The position numbers were made by a program, and so were the translations under genes. Below, piece by piece: positions 40,993 through 53,211 of a stretch of 64,000 nt of DNA. This DNA is from an uncultured delta proteobacterium (GTDB lineage Bacteria > Desulfobacterota > Desulfomonilia > UBA1062): positions 416,001 to 480,000 of the forward strand of contig CAWAUM010000001.1 of assembly GCA_963785235.1 (NCBI GenBank), in the 5' to 3' direction. The notes under the pieces are model-generated. The model did no database searches. It had not been told where the DNA came from and saw nothing but the letters and a program-made list of their open reading frames with translations. The number at the start of each line of letters is the position of its first letter. Positions within the stretch are counted from its first letter, which is position 1.

Positions 40993-41721
40993 TCATCTAT
41001 TATAGCCATAAGCTGCCCATCCGGAAATATCGTCATTCCAGCCGTCCATTTCGATACCGTTGTCTTCGGCCAGCTTTTTACGGAAGGCAACCTTTTCCTC
41101 ATCCAGTAGCGGCCGGTCCATTCTGAAAACCAGGGCAACCGACGATTTACCACACTGCGCATAATAACCGTACTCTCGGGTGAACCGGTCGAAATATACA
41201 ATTACCTGGGGTTGGGAAGGATCGCTGCTGCCGGTGGCCATGTGGCCGTAGAAGGGTCGATGAGGGATATTGAACAGCTCGAAGGAGTTCTTGTTCAGAC
41301 CTGTTGCAACGATGGTTCCTGCCGGGAGTTCCGATATCTCCTTCATGGAGAGTTTCCTGCCCAGGATCACCTCTACACCTTTCTCCAACGCCTGCCTGTA
41401 GAGGACATTCTCCAGAGAGAGCTCTCCCTTTCCCCTCTCCATGGTGTAGGCCTCCGTCAGGTGAGGCAGGGCAAACTCAAATCTCTTTCCATAAGCCAAA
41501 ATCCGGGTGGATTTCCAGGGCTCGAGCGCTTCGCGGATGCTGATCCCAAGCTCCCTTTCCAGCACCGCCGGATACATGAGGGTGGCATCAGCAAAGGATA
41601 TATCTCCCCCGATAGTGTTCTTCGCCTCGTAAATTCTTACCTTGAAGCCCTGGCCGGCAAGGTTTATGCCCGCGACCAGTCCCGCCAATCCTGCCCCTAC
41701 AATATCTATCTCCCTTGACAT
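40993..41721 (-). CDS. NAD(P)/FAD-dependent oxidoreductase, possibly 3'-truncated
   Basis: IVGAGLAGLVAG, YE....IGG, IVATG; no C-terminal GD/GE FAD motif before the stop. Confidence 0.7.
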   Translation of the reverse strand: MSREIDIVGAGLAGLVAGINLAGQGFKVRIYEAKNTIGGDISFADATLMYPAVLERELGISIREALEPWKSTRILAYGKRFEFALPHLTEAYTMERGKGELSLENVLYRQALEKGVEVILGRKLSMKEISELPAGTIVATGLNKNSFELFNIPHRPFYGHMATGSSDPSQPQVIVYFDRFTREYGYYAQCGKSSVALVFRMDRPLLDEEKVAFRKKLAEDNGIEMDGWNDDISGWAAYGYNR

Positions 41722-41809
41722 AACCTCTTCCTTTCATACCACCTTGTAACTCGCAACTCGCTGAATCCGGATTTATTCCGGGTATGAAGCCGCCTGGAGG
41801 GCGGAATTG

Positions 41810-42786
41810 TCACCGTCTGATCTTTCCCGGCAGGATGTAGGGATACGGCCTTTTGAGGATGTTGGTGCAGATGATGCGGTCCAGCCTCCTGAGGGCAAGA
41901 AAGAGTCTCCAGATAAAGGCATCCTCGCGATAGTACGATTTCACCTCGTTTTCGGTTATGGGTTTTATCTTGATGTCGGATGCCTCGTGAACAAAAAACG
42001 AGTTTGCCGCATCAATGAAATCCCTGATGAGATCGGGCCGCTGTTCCTTGTACAGGTTCGCAATAAGGTCGACTGCTACGAGATGGAAATCATAATACCT
42101 GTCCAGGACGCCCTGAAGGAAAAAGGCCCTGATGAGCCATACCAGGAATGACGGGGCGCTACGCAGGAAGAGCTCGGGCTCGAGCTGCTCCTTCCCATTG
42201 ATCCGGATCAGCGGTGTACTCGTGTCGATATAATAGAGTTCTGCATCTGTTTGTGACTGAAGGGGCCGCTGGATTCAAATCCTTCAGCGCCCAGTTGGAG
42301 AGCTGGCCGTCTAGCCCCATGAGTGTTGCACCGCTGTTTGCGTTGAATCTCCACACCTTGAGCATATGCCTGAGGATTACGAGAAAGAGCGTCTTCAATG
42401 AGGCTGTATCGAGACTGTGGAGAAGCCGGTGGCACAGGGACTCGGGCCGCAGCTTTTGCTGGATGATGTAGACGACCATATTCCCGGTCTCTGGATATAC
42501 CCTCGCTGTTGAATATTCAGGAACCATGATGCCGATCTCTTCACTCAGGAGCTTGTTATACTCGTATGAACAGGGCCTCGTACCGATCCATCTCATCCAT
42601 GCTCAGAAATATCGGCATACGTTTAAAGGCCAGGCCTCGCTGGTTCTCCTGGAGGATTTCAAAGATGGTGCTTATCTCCCCATAGCCGAGGATCCTGGCC
42701 GGGATCAGGCTTTTTTCCGGGGCCTTAGGGTTCAGGCCGTGCTCGAAACGATTGAGAAGATCAATGTCTATGCCTTTTTCGATCAT
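41810..42786 (-). CDS. DUF6206-like protein with protein-kinase-like motifs; frameshifts
   Basis: LGYGEISTIF, AFKRMP, GLDGQLSNW, YIDTSTP, DLIANLYKE, YYREDA.IW, YPYILPGKIRR-stop read across frames. Confidence 0.65.
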
Positions 42787-42796
42787 GGTAACACCT

Positions 42797-44057
42797 TCAG
42801 GCCAGACCAAGAAACCTTTTGGTGTCGTCAAGGGCTTTGTCCACGCGCTCAATAATCTCATAGGCCAGTTCATCATCGATGATGAGCGGGGGCAGGAGCT
42901 GGCTTATCCGCGTATCGTTGTTGGCGTAGATGCTCAGGACACCGTTGTCGTAGCATGCCTTGGTCATGATGGGACCGCAGAGATCGTTTACCATCTCGAT
43001 TCCCATCATGAGCCCAAGCTGGCGCAGGCCCACGAGGATCTCGGGGTGCTTCTTCTTTAAGGTTGTGAACCCTTGGTTAAAGATTTCCGCAAGGCCCTGT
43101 ACGTGAAGGAGGAATTCACTCCGGGACGACTCTTCGAGCACGGCCAGCGCCACCGGGCAGCCCACCTCGGCCCCGCCGAAGGTGGAGATGTGGATGAAGG
43201 GGTTCTGGTGGAAGAATGGCTCCAGTTCTTCCCTGAAGCAGGTGGCGCTCATGGGGTATATTCCCCCGGACAGCCCTTTGCCGATGACGATGATATCGGG
43301 GACTACACCATAATGCTCTATGCCCCAGAGCCTGCCGGTGCGGCCAAGGCCGGTCTGGACCTCGTCCATGATGAGGAGCGCGCCGTTTTCCGTGCACAGT
43401 TCCTTTACCAGGAGGTAGTAGTCCGCCTCCGGGATGGGCATGCCCAGGGTAGCCGGAATGGTCTCGAAGATGACGGCTGCCGTATTGTGGTCAATGGCGG
43501 ACCTGATGGCGGCTTTGTCATTGAAGGGCACCTGGACGAATCCCTGGGGTTGCGGCCCGAAGGGTGACCGGTATTTCTCGTCTCCTGCGGCCAGCGCAAG
43601 TCCGGTATGTCCGTGGTAGCCGCCTTTGGCCGAGATGATCTTGTGCCTTCCCGTGTATCCTCTGGCGAGTTTTATGGCCAGGTCCACTGCCTCTCCGCCG
43701 GATACGCCGAATACGGTGCGGCGAAATGTCGCCGGGCATGAGCCGGGCGAGCCTTTCAGCCAGCAGTGCGCGCTGTTCGCTTATGAGATGGTGGTTGCCG
43801 ATGTCGAGCTCGTCGAGACTTTCCTTGAGAACCTGTATGATCTTGGGATTTCTGTGGCCCAGGTTGAAGACCCCGCCGTTGCAGTGGCAGTTGATGAGCC
43901 TCCTGGTGCCGGTGGCATCCCACACATAGGGGCCTTCCCGCCTGCCGAAGACAAAGTCGATGCCCACGCCGGTGAAGAAGGAAGCCTTGCCGCTGGAGAC
44001 ATGTGCAGAGAAGCGCTCAATGATAGCCTCTTTCGTATCAATGCCGGAGAAATTCAT
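42797..44057 (-). CDS. Class III PLP aminotransferase (ArgD/putrescine aminotransferase-like), frameshift near 43720
   Basis: FNLGH.NP, GYHGHT, IMDEVQTGLGRTG, IGKGLSGG (PLP Lys), STFGG, LLPPL. Confidence 0.9.
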
Positions 44058-44376
44058 TGCAAGCCCTCAAAGCCTTTCGATAGAGCGAAAGGGATTTTTA
44101 CCTGAAACCCTTTAGATGACCATACAGCCAAACCAGATGTGCGGTCAACACCCTGCAATGTTCTTGCACCTCCCTTGACCGATTTATGGGGTGCAGGTGG
44201 CCGTAAGCTATTCTTCGGGTTTTTATATGCAAACCATGTGATAATTTGTTAATAATCAGAAATTAAAAGGCCATGGTTATTGTGATGCCAAATAGTATGT
44301 CTTGTGGATGCCTGCTGCGTGCTCGAACATGGAAGCGTTGTCCGCTGCCCTTATGAGATTTAAAGGTATTTAACTT

Positions 44377-44676
44377 TTGACCTGCTGGTATCTATACATC
44401 GTAAAAACCGTTGATAACTCCATGTACGCAGGCATATCAACCGATGTTCAAAGACGCTTCAGAGAGCATCTTGCCCAGGGTAAGAAAACCGCGAAATATC
44501 TGCTTGCCCACAAGCCAGTGAGCTTGGCCTTCTCACAAGTGCTCGGAGACCGGTCCCTTGCCCTGAAGGTGGAGTACCATTTCAAAGAGCTTTCAAAAAA
44601 AGACAAGGACAGGATTGTAGATGCGCAAAACCTGATCTTTGAGCCGGAATCTGGACGTATCAGGGTTCCGGACTAG
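44377..44676 (+). CDS. Small GIY-YIG nuclease (UPF0213/YhbQ-like)
   Basis: WYLYIV...D.S.Y.GISTDV.RRF.EH..G...AKY, ALK.E...K.LSK..K. Confidence 0.88.
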   Translation: MTCWYLYIVKTVDNSMYAGISTDVQRRFREHLAQGKKTAKYLLAHKPVSLAFSQVLGDRSLALKVEYHFKELSKKDKDRIVDAQNLIFEPESGRIRVPD

Positions 44677-44731
44677 GGATAAGACGTGTATTGGTTTTTT
44701 TGAAACACAGATGTTACAAAGGGTAATCTCT

Positions 44732-45079
44732 ATGGAAGCAAAGACAGTATATTCGACTGAACACGGAAGAATGTGTGCAAAGTGCAGCCGCGCAATCGCC
44801 CAATGTGAATGCGGCCGCACAAAGGCCGTTCCAAAAGGCAAGGGCAATGTCCGTGTAGGGCTACAGACAAAGGGGCGTAAAGGGAAAGGGGTGACCCTGA
44901 TCACCGGGCTCCCGCTTGACGAAGACGAACTCCAACGGCTTGCAAAAGAACTGAAGCAGAAATGCGGTACCGGTGGAACCGTGAAGAACGGCATGATCGA
45001 GATCCAGGGAGATCGCCGGGCCGTGCTCGTGGAAGAGCTCAAAGACCGGGGCTATCCTGCAAGGCTCTCGGGCGGGTGA
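44732..45079 (+). CDS. yciH: SUI1/eIF1-family translation factor
   Basis: VYSTE.G, C..C....C.C, KGRKGKGVT.I.G, LK..CG.GGTVK.G.IEIQGD. Confidence 0.92.
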   Translation: MEAKTVYSTEHGRMCAKCSRAIAQCECGRTKAVPKGKGNVRVGLQTKGRKGKGVTLITGLPLDEDELQRLAKELKQKCGTGGTVKNGMIEIQGDRRAVLVEELKDRGYPARLSGG

Positions 45080-45118
45080 ACACCAGGAACTCATCCAACA
45101 GATAAATGGAGGTTTCAG

Positions 45119-46556
45119 ATGAAGAACAGGTTCTGGTTTCTGCTGATCATTGCTGTTTTTGTCAATTGCATAAGTGCCTGCACCCATTACTCGCTTGATT
45201 CAGCAGGCGCCCTTGGCAAAAAATGGATATCTCATCAGGGATGTAAATGTCTTCACCGCTGTTGCGGGTACCCCGGTGCTTGAGGATATGGATGTGTATA
45301 TACAAGGTGAAACCATCTCCATGATTTCCAGTCAGAGGTTGGATGTCCCCGGGGCAGAGGTTATTGACGGCAAGGGGAAGATGCTCCTGCCTGGTCTCAT
45401 AGACTTTCATACCCACATCACCAGCGGCATGATCATTCCCTGGGGCGATATTACACCGACCATGCGCTTTAACATGGAGGCGTGCCTGTACAGCGGGGTA
45501 ACCGCAATTGTGGACATGAGCGGGAAATCAACGCCTGAGATGAAGGCGCTGACTGAGGACATCGAAGCAGGCAAGCTCGCGGGGCCGCATCTGTTCCAAT
45601 GCGGTATGGGGTTCACCGGAAAAGGCGCGCACCCCATTCCCATGATGGAGGAACTCAAGTCGACTTACCCCTGGTTTGTCCGCCCCTTTTTCCCTGAGGT
45701 TGTGATTCAGGTTCAGGACGTAACCGACATGGAACGGCTTGAAAAGCACCTTGATTCCGATCCTGATTTCACCAAGATCTTTCTCGATGACCTGCCCGAT
45801 GGTACGCCTAAAATGAAGCCGGAGATCGTCAAGGAAATAGTCAAGCGCTCGCATGAGCAGGGTATCCCGGTTGTCATCCACATAGGCAGGAATGAGGATG
45901 TGAAGGTCGCCATCGAAAGTGGTGCAGACGGTATTGGCCACGATGTCTACAAGGAGCCGCTTGATCCGGAGCTTGCCAGAGAACTTGCAAAAAGGAAGAT
46001 GTTTGTTACCCCGACTGTTTATGTGTTCCACAACCTGAATGACTTCATGAACAATAAGAACTACACCCACTATACGAAACTCGAATGGGAAACCATGTAT
46101 CCATCCGGTGTTAGTGCGTTACAGAATCCCAAACCGTACCAAGTCCCCCAAGGGGGCCCGTGGGGTAACTATTATAAGCATTTTAAGGATTCATATGCCC
46201 GGGTGCTGCATCCTAATATCAAAGTTTTGAAGGATGCAGGGGTGACGATCATTGCAGGGACCGATGCACCCAACCTGGGAATTGCAGCCGGCGGCTCGCT
46301 GCATGTGGAGCTTCAGCATCTCGTGGAAGGGGGGCTGACACCCACCGAGGCCCTGATATCGGCAACCTCCACACCGGCGAGGACACTGAAGCAGGTCTTC
46401 CACCGGAATGTGAACTTCGGGACCATTGAAAAAGGAAAGGCAGCTGACCTTCTTCTGGTGGATGGAGATCCAACAAAAAATATCAAGGACACGGAAAACA
46501 TTGTTGCCGTGTTTTATCAAGGGGTCCGTTTAGCCAGATCCAGAACAAATCATTAA
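45119..46556 (+). CDS. Metal-dependent amidohydrolase, probable lipoprotein (frameshift after signal peptide)
   Basis: GGAGG RBS then MKNRFWFLLIIAVFVNCISAC; IDGKGK.LLPGLIDFHTH, VVIH, IGH, AGTDA, G.IE.GK.ADL..VDGDP. Confidence 0.87.
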
Positions 46557-46631
46557 GAGTGATCAGCTCAAATCTCTGATTCTCCTTCCATTGACCGAGG
46601 GTAGAGGGAAGATTATATTTAGGTTAAGGTA

Positions 46632-49600
46632 TTGAAGTGTCCGAAATGTCTATCAAGGGGGAACCTCTTGAGATTCGGGAAAGCCATCATTGCTGTTTTC
46701 ATCGGCGTTCTCATCTTCTTTATTGCTGCGCTCTTCGCTGTATACAATGATGTCAGGGAACGCACCATTGACGATCTGAACATGAATCAGATGGTTCATG
46801 CCCGGCAGGCAGCCCGGGGGATCCAGGATCATATAGCAAACATCATCAGCACAATGGAATTTTTTGCACACCTCCCTGAGATTATTGATATGAGCGATGA
46901 GGGAAAGCGCATCATGAAAGACTATCAGTCCCTTCACGCCGACGAGTTGAAGGGGGTGACCCGGGTCGATGCGAGAGGCCGGATCGTCTATACGTTCCCC
47001 TACAAGGCAGACGCGATCGGGAGGGACATCTCGTACCAGGAACATGTCAGAGAAATCCTTCAGACCCATAAAACCGTGATCAGTGATGTGTTCATGGCAG
47101 TCCAGGGATACAGGACCATTGCCATCCATGTCCCTGTATTCAAAAACAAGGCCTTTGACGGCACCGTCGCATTCCTGCTGTCGTTCGACACCCTGGCCCA
47201 CAGGCACATCGAAAACATCCGGATCGGCAAGAGCGGATACGCCTGGGTCATCAGTAAAAAGGGGATAGAGATATCGTGCCCTGTGCCCGGCCATGTGGGC
47301 AGGAGCGTTTACGATACCTGTAAGGACTTTCCCGACATCATCGTCATGGCCAGGGAGATGATGAAGGGCCACAAAGGCATCACGACCTATCACTTCGACC
47401 GTATCCGCGGGACAACGGTGGAAAAGGTTATCAAGCACGCCGTATATATGCCGATCCCCATCGGCAACACCTTCTGGTCCATCGTGATCGCCACGCCCGA
47501 AGACGAGATCATGACCTCCATGGCAGGCTTCAAGACAAAGTTCACACTCATCACCATGGTGCTGCTTTTCTTCGCCATAGCCTTCACCTATCTCCTGGTC
47601 AAGTCCCAGGTCATGATCCGGGAGAAGAAGAAACGCGAGTCCATCATGGACGCCCTCCAGGAGAGCGAGAAGAAGTACCGGACACTCATTGAGACAACCG
47701 GCACCGGGTTTGTCAGTCGTTGATCATGAGGGCATTGTGCTGGATGCAAACACTGAGTATGTACGCCTCACCGGTTATCAGGAGCTCAGCCAGATTCTCG
47801 GCAGGAGCGTTGTCGAATGGACTGCCGCCTATGAAAAGAAAAAGAACGAAGAGGCGGTTAAAACAGTGCTTTGAGCAAGGCTAAGTCAGAAATCTCGAGA
47901 TCGACTATATAGACCTGAAAGGGAATATCACCCCCATTGAGATCAATGCCACGGTAGTAGAACTGTGGCGGAACACCGAGGATCCTCACCCTGTGCAGAG
48001 ACATATCAGGGCGCAGGCAGGCTGAAGCCGCCCTTGCACCGGAATGAAGACATGCTCCAGAGATCCCAGAAGATCGCACATCTTGGATCATATGCCCTCG
48101 ATGCACAAAAGGGAACCTGGACCTGTACACCCACCTTGGATGAGATATTCGGAATACAGCAGGATTACCCGAAAGACATGCAGGGGTGGATAGCCCTTGT
48201 TCACCCGAACCAGAAGGAGGAGATGCTTCACTACCTTAAAGGGCATGTGCTGGAAGGTCATAAACGGTTTGAAAAAGAGTATCGGATAATCAGACACAGC
48301 GATCAGCAGGAACGGTGGGTTTCAGGGGTCGGTGAACTCGAATATCGACGGGCAGGGGAATGCCACCCGGATGATCGGCACGATTCAAGACATCACCGAG
48401 CGGAAACTCTCAGATGAGGCGCTCAAACAGAGCGAGTCCAAATACCGTATCCTTACTGAAAAGATGGAGGATATAGTCTGGACGGCAGACTTGAATTTCA
48501 ACGTGACCTACACCAGCCCCTCGGTGGAAAAGATCCTGGGATTTTCCATTGAAGACCGTATGAATCAGTCAATCATGGACAGGCTGACCCCGGAATCCCT
48601 TGCCATAGCGAATGATCTGATGAACACACAGCTCCGGCTGGAGCTGGAAGGGAACGCCGATCCCGATAGGACACTGAGGTTGGAGCTCGAGTACTATCGC
48701 AAGGACGGATCAACGGTATGGATGGAGAATATCATCAGCGCCATCCGTGATGATGCAGGGATATTGATGGGTGTCCACGGGGTGTCGCGTGACATAACCG
48801 GGCGCAAGAACTCGGAGGAAGAACGGGAGAGACTCCAGATGCAGCTGATGCAGGCGCAGAAGATGGAGTCCATCGGCAGGCTGGCAGGCGGTGTGGCCCA
48901 TGATTTCAACAATATCCTGCAGGCGATCCTGGGATACACGGAGATAGCACTGATGAAGGCGGCTCCATCAGATCCGCTCTATCAGACCCTGCAGGAGATC
49001 CACAAGGCCGGCAAGCGCTCCGCTGACCTGACACGTCAGCTGCTGGCCTTTGCCCGCAAGCAGGTGGCCAACCCCAAGGTGCTGGACCTGAACGACACCG
49101 TTTCCGGCATGCTCAAGATGCTCCAGCGGCTCATAGGCGAGGATATTGACCTGGTGCTGATCCCGGGGCATGGCCTGTGGAACGTGAAGATGGATCCCTC
49201 CCAGCTCGACCAGATCCTGGCCAATCTGGTCGTCAACGCACGGGATGCCATTGACGGGGCAGGCCGCGTCACCATCGAGACGGCCAATGTCATAATCGAC
49301 AAGGCATATTGTGTCGACCATCTGGAATGCGTTCCGGGGAAATATGTTACGCTGTCGGTGGAAGACACCGGGAGCGGCATGAACCTGGAGACATTGTCCA
49401 ACATCTTCGAGCCCTTCTTTACCACCAAGGGTGTGGGTGAGGGAACTGGACTCGGATTGGCGACGGTGTACGGCATCGTCAAGCAGAACGAGGGCTTCAT
49501 AACCGTTGCCAGCGAACCCGGCCATGGAACAAAATTCACGATCCACTTCCCCGGTATCATGGATACTGTTCGCAAGACACCCATTAAGGCGGATGATGAG

Positions 49601-49984
49601 ATACTGCTCAAGGGGACAGAGACAGTGCTCCTCGTTGAGGATAATGAGGTAGTCCTGGAACTCGGTACGCGTATCCTCGAAGGGCTCGGGTACAAGGTGC
49701 TCTCGGCAGGTATGCCGGGAGAAGCTTTGAAACTGACCGGCGAATATCCCGGAACCATAGACCTCCTGGTCACCGATGTGATCATGCCCGAAATCAACGG
49801 GAGGGAGCTGGCTGACCGCCTCATCTCCATGAGGCCTTCACTCAAGTGCCTTTTCATGTCCGGTTACACGGCCGATATTATAGCCCAGCACGGGGTGCTG
49901 GACAAGGGCGTGCTCTTCATCCAGAAGCCGTTTTCCATGAAGTCTCTGGCGGAAAAGGTCAGGGAAGCCCTCAGACAGGCTTAG
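46632..49984 (+). CDS. Hybrid sensor histidine kinase (TM, dCache, TM, PAS domains, HisKA, HATPase, REC); frameshifts at about 47700-48340
   Basis: Two TM segments flanking a Cache-like region, PAS motifs, QAQKMESIGRLAGGVAHDFNN, NLVVNARDA, FEPFFTTK..G.GTGLGL, LLVED, TDVIMP, FMSGY, QKPF. Confidence 0.9.
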
Positions 49985-50074
49985 ACGACAAGACAAAGAA
50001 GAATCATCCCAATCCATTTTCAAGACCCTTGCATACCCCTTCAAATATTTTATTTCGAAATGAAAAAAACCTTA

Positions 50075-50125
50075 CCCGTTAAAAACATGCATCTTGGTGA
50101 AACCAAGATGCATGTTTTTAACGGG
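50075..50125. terminator. Perfect 24-bp inverted repeat between convergent genes (probable bidirectional terminator or cruciform)
   Basis: CCCGTTAAAAACATGCATCTTGGT-GAA-ACCAAGATGCATGTTTTTAACGGG. Confidence 0.6.
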
Positions 50126-50201
50126 CCAATTTTTGGTTTGTATTTAAAGAGATCCTATAGTTGTGCAAAAGTCCCTTTTCAACAAAACCTAAGGTGATAG
50201 G

Positions 50202-53173
50202 TTAAGGCTTTTTCCGTTTTGGCGCCGGTCTGTACAACACCTTGACGATATTTTGCGCGTCCGGGTTGTGCAGGAGGGCCTCGGGATGTTCCATGTAAGG
50301 CTTCAGGAGATCCTTCACCTTGTCACCTAAGAGCACCAAAGATACGTTTGCGGTCTTCATCATCTATCTTCAGCAGGTATGCCGTGAGCACCCTGAGCTG
50401 GGTGTTGATGAATCCTGCGGTCTTCATGGATATACCGTGTACCCGGGAAAAGGCATAGTCCTCATTGACGGCTGCGAAACTGATATCCCGCATGACCATG
50501 TTCCAGCCTTTCGTGCTCTCGGGTGATTCGTCCCTGACCAGGATCTGTTTGATGCGGTCAGTGAACTCGGGCATGATGTACTCGTTGAGTACATCAGGGT
50601 TGAATTCCTTCCCATAGATCTTTTCCGCTTCATACCGGAAACGGTCGGTGAGATTCCTGAGCCATTCGAAGTACGAGGCGTTAACGCCCCCCTGGTTTGC
50701 CAGGAAATCATAGATCACTGCCACTTTGTTTCTTGCCAGGATTATCTCTGCCTTGGAGGTATGGGGTCCGTTGCTGCCGCAGGCAATAACCTTTGCCCTG
50801 ATCTTGGGGAGCATTGTGGATGGTGATGGCATTTTCCAATGCCGCAGGCACGAGGATGTCACATTCCAGCTCCAGGACGCATCCCCCTTCTCTGGCGCCG
50901 AAGATCTTCTGCGTAATGTTTTTTTCTGCATGCATGACTGAGAATCTCAGTCTACGCTCGGCTTCGTTGGCTGAATTGTTCACGGCTCTGAGCAGTTCAT
51001 CCACATCAAGATGGTCCCCGATGACAGCACCACCTGCATCGGCCACGGCAATGACATTGACGCAAAAGGGCTTCAACTCCTGCAGCAATGACCCTCCCAC
51101 CTTGCCTGATCCCTGGACCACGACCTTCTTGTCCTTTAAGAGCTTGGGGTAGATCTCTGTGGTCAGCTTAGCCCACTCATCATCGGTGAGCAGGTCGAGG
51201 CCCTTCTTCTCGATGATCAGTTTTTCCGTTATGGCTGCTGCCTTTTCCAGAAGAGTCTTTTCAGGAGGGGATAACTCTTCGTTCAAAGGCCAGTCGCCAT
51301 GCAGGTACATGTTAGTCGCCATGGAAAGAATGCTGAAGAGGAGCCCTCTGCCTGTAGCGCCGCTCCTTGCTGGGATTCCCATGCGCGGCTTTCCCGTTAT
51401 CTGGGGGGCAACCACCAGTTCAAGATACCTTTCGCTGGTAATGAGCTCGTGCAGTATGCGCATGTCATAGGGATTGATATGGAAATTCTTCTCCAGGAGT
51501 CGGCGCGCCTCTTCCACCGAGATGACCCTGTCGCCGATGATGCTCAGGCTCTTCTTGATGCCCGAGGCCATGAGAGCCAGGTCACGCAGCGCGGACTTGA
51601 AGCCTTCGAACATGTCGCCGATCTCCGGGCCACCGCATCCCACATCTCCGGCCGGGACATCCAGGGAAGGTCCGGTGACCAGGAAGAGCGACCGGCCGAA
51701 GCTGGCCAGCGTGTCGAAGAAATCGATCTTGTCGTCGAAATCTTTAGGGTTCAGAACAATGCCGCCCTTTCCACCTCCGTAGAGGATCTTGGAACGGGCG
51801 CACTTCCAGGTCATCATGAAGGCAAGCGCCGCCACCTCGACGAACTTCACGATGGGGTCGATGCGTAATCCACCCTTGTAGGCCCTGCCGCGCAGAGCAT
51901 TGTGCTTGGTCCTGAAACCGGGTTTATGGGATAGTTCTCCCTTATTTCTGCTGAGCACGAAGAACTCATCAAAATGGTCAAAGGCGAGAAAGAGCCGGAT
52001 GATCTCGTCGCTGTTGTCGAGTCCGAGGAAGGAGAGTCCCTCCATGAAGTCGGAAAAGCCATTGAGCAGGAAATCGCCGATCTCGTCTTGCTTGGACAGG
52101 TCGGTATTGATCCTCATGAGCTCTTTGAGTCCTTCCACGGTCTCGTGAACCTTTTTTTGCGGAAGGCCCGGATCGCTCAGTGAACGTACCAACTCCTCAA
52201 GCCTTTCCTCTATGCGTGCAATGCGGTCTTTTTCCGGGGCAATGACTGATTCGCCTGATATAAAGATCTTTCTCAGGTCCTCTTCAATCCCTTCCAGACG
52301 TGTTGTTCCAGGCACATAGAGCGAGATGATCCCTACCGAGAAGGGGAGATCCGGGCCGGAAAAGAGGTCATAGTATGATCTGCTCAAAGAGATACCTTTG
52401 TTCTTGAAACAGTCCAGGACCGCAATCACCGACCCCACATGGGGATTCATGATGCCTACGGACACCCTGGACTCGCTGATGGCGATCTTGTCTGTGTCGA
52501 TCTCCTGGGACGTATCCTCCCTGGAGATGAAGAGGCTGCCGTCGGCTATGGTGTCTTCAAACATCTTGAGGTGCCGCTTGATCCGCAACGGGTACATGGG
52601 GTTGTTGATCTCTTCAGAGAAATAGCACTCATCAAGGCAGTTCAAAAAGCCTTGGGTATGGCTGCATCCCTCTTTCTCTCCGAAACAGTTCATGGCCCAT
52701 ATCATCTTGTCCAGGGCTTCCTGGTCATAGAGCGGGTAGAGATCCCTGCCCCGAGTTCCTTTTTTCTGGATGGTGATGATCCTCAATCCCGAGCTTGTCT
52801 TTACCGAGTCGAAGGAGGATATGCCCATGTCGGCGTTCTCGCTGATGATCCTCTCCATGCGGCCCGGGAAATCCCTCCCGATATTGAGAAAATAGGTAAT
52901 GGTCTTCCCGTCATTGCTCACCTGGGTGCAGTACTCCTTGTTGGCATCCAGGAGCTGGCTCATGATCACGAAATGGCCTGCAATGTCCGCGGCCGTATTG
53001 CTCAGGAAGTACCACGGCGGCAGGTATTCCACGGAGAAGTAGGATTCCAGTATCTTGCTGGTGGTGTTGATGTCCAGTTTGTGGTCCTGTTCCAGATGAC
53101 CACGGACATCTGTGGCAAGGGACTCGAGATAGCGATCAATGGTTTTTGTGCTGCTTGGGCTGTTGATATTCAT
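50202..53173 (-). CDS. Large Glu/Leu/Phe/Val dehydrogenase with a ~400-aa N-terminal extension; frameshifts near 50810 and 50330
   Basis: YKGGLR, WKC....YGGGKGG, DVPAGDVG, ITGKP, ATGRG, VQGSGKVG, CDILVPAALEN, GSNGP, DFLANQGGV.ASYFEW..N; alternate-frame tail ends at 50202. Confidence 0.85.
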
Positions 53174-53211
53174 AAGGCCTCCCTTTTGAAAAAGGCATAG
53201 GCGGTATTTCC

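Noticed and set aside
44377-44676. GIY-YIG gene as a homing endonuclease or mobile element
   Set aside because: It is the short stand-alone UPF0213 type, with no intron, terminal repeats or transposase.
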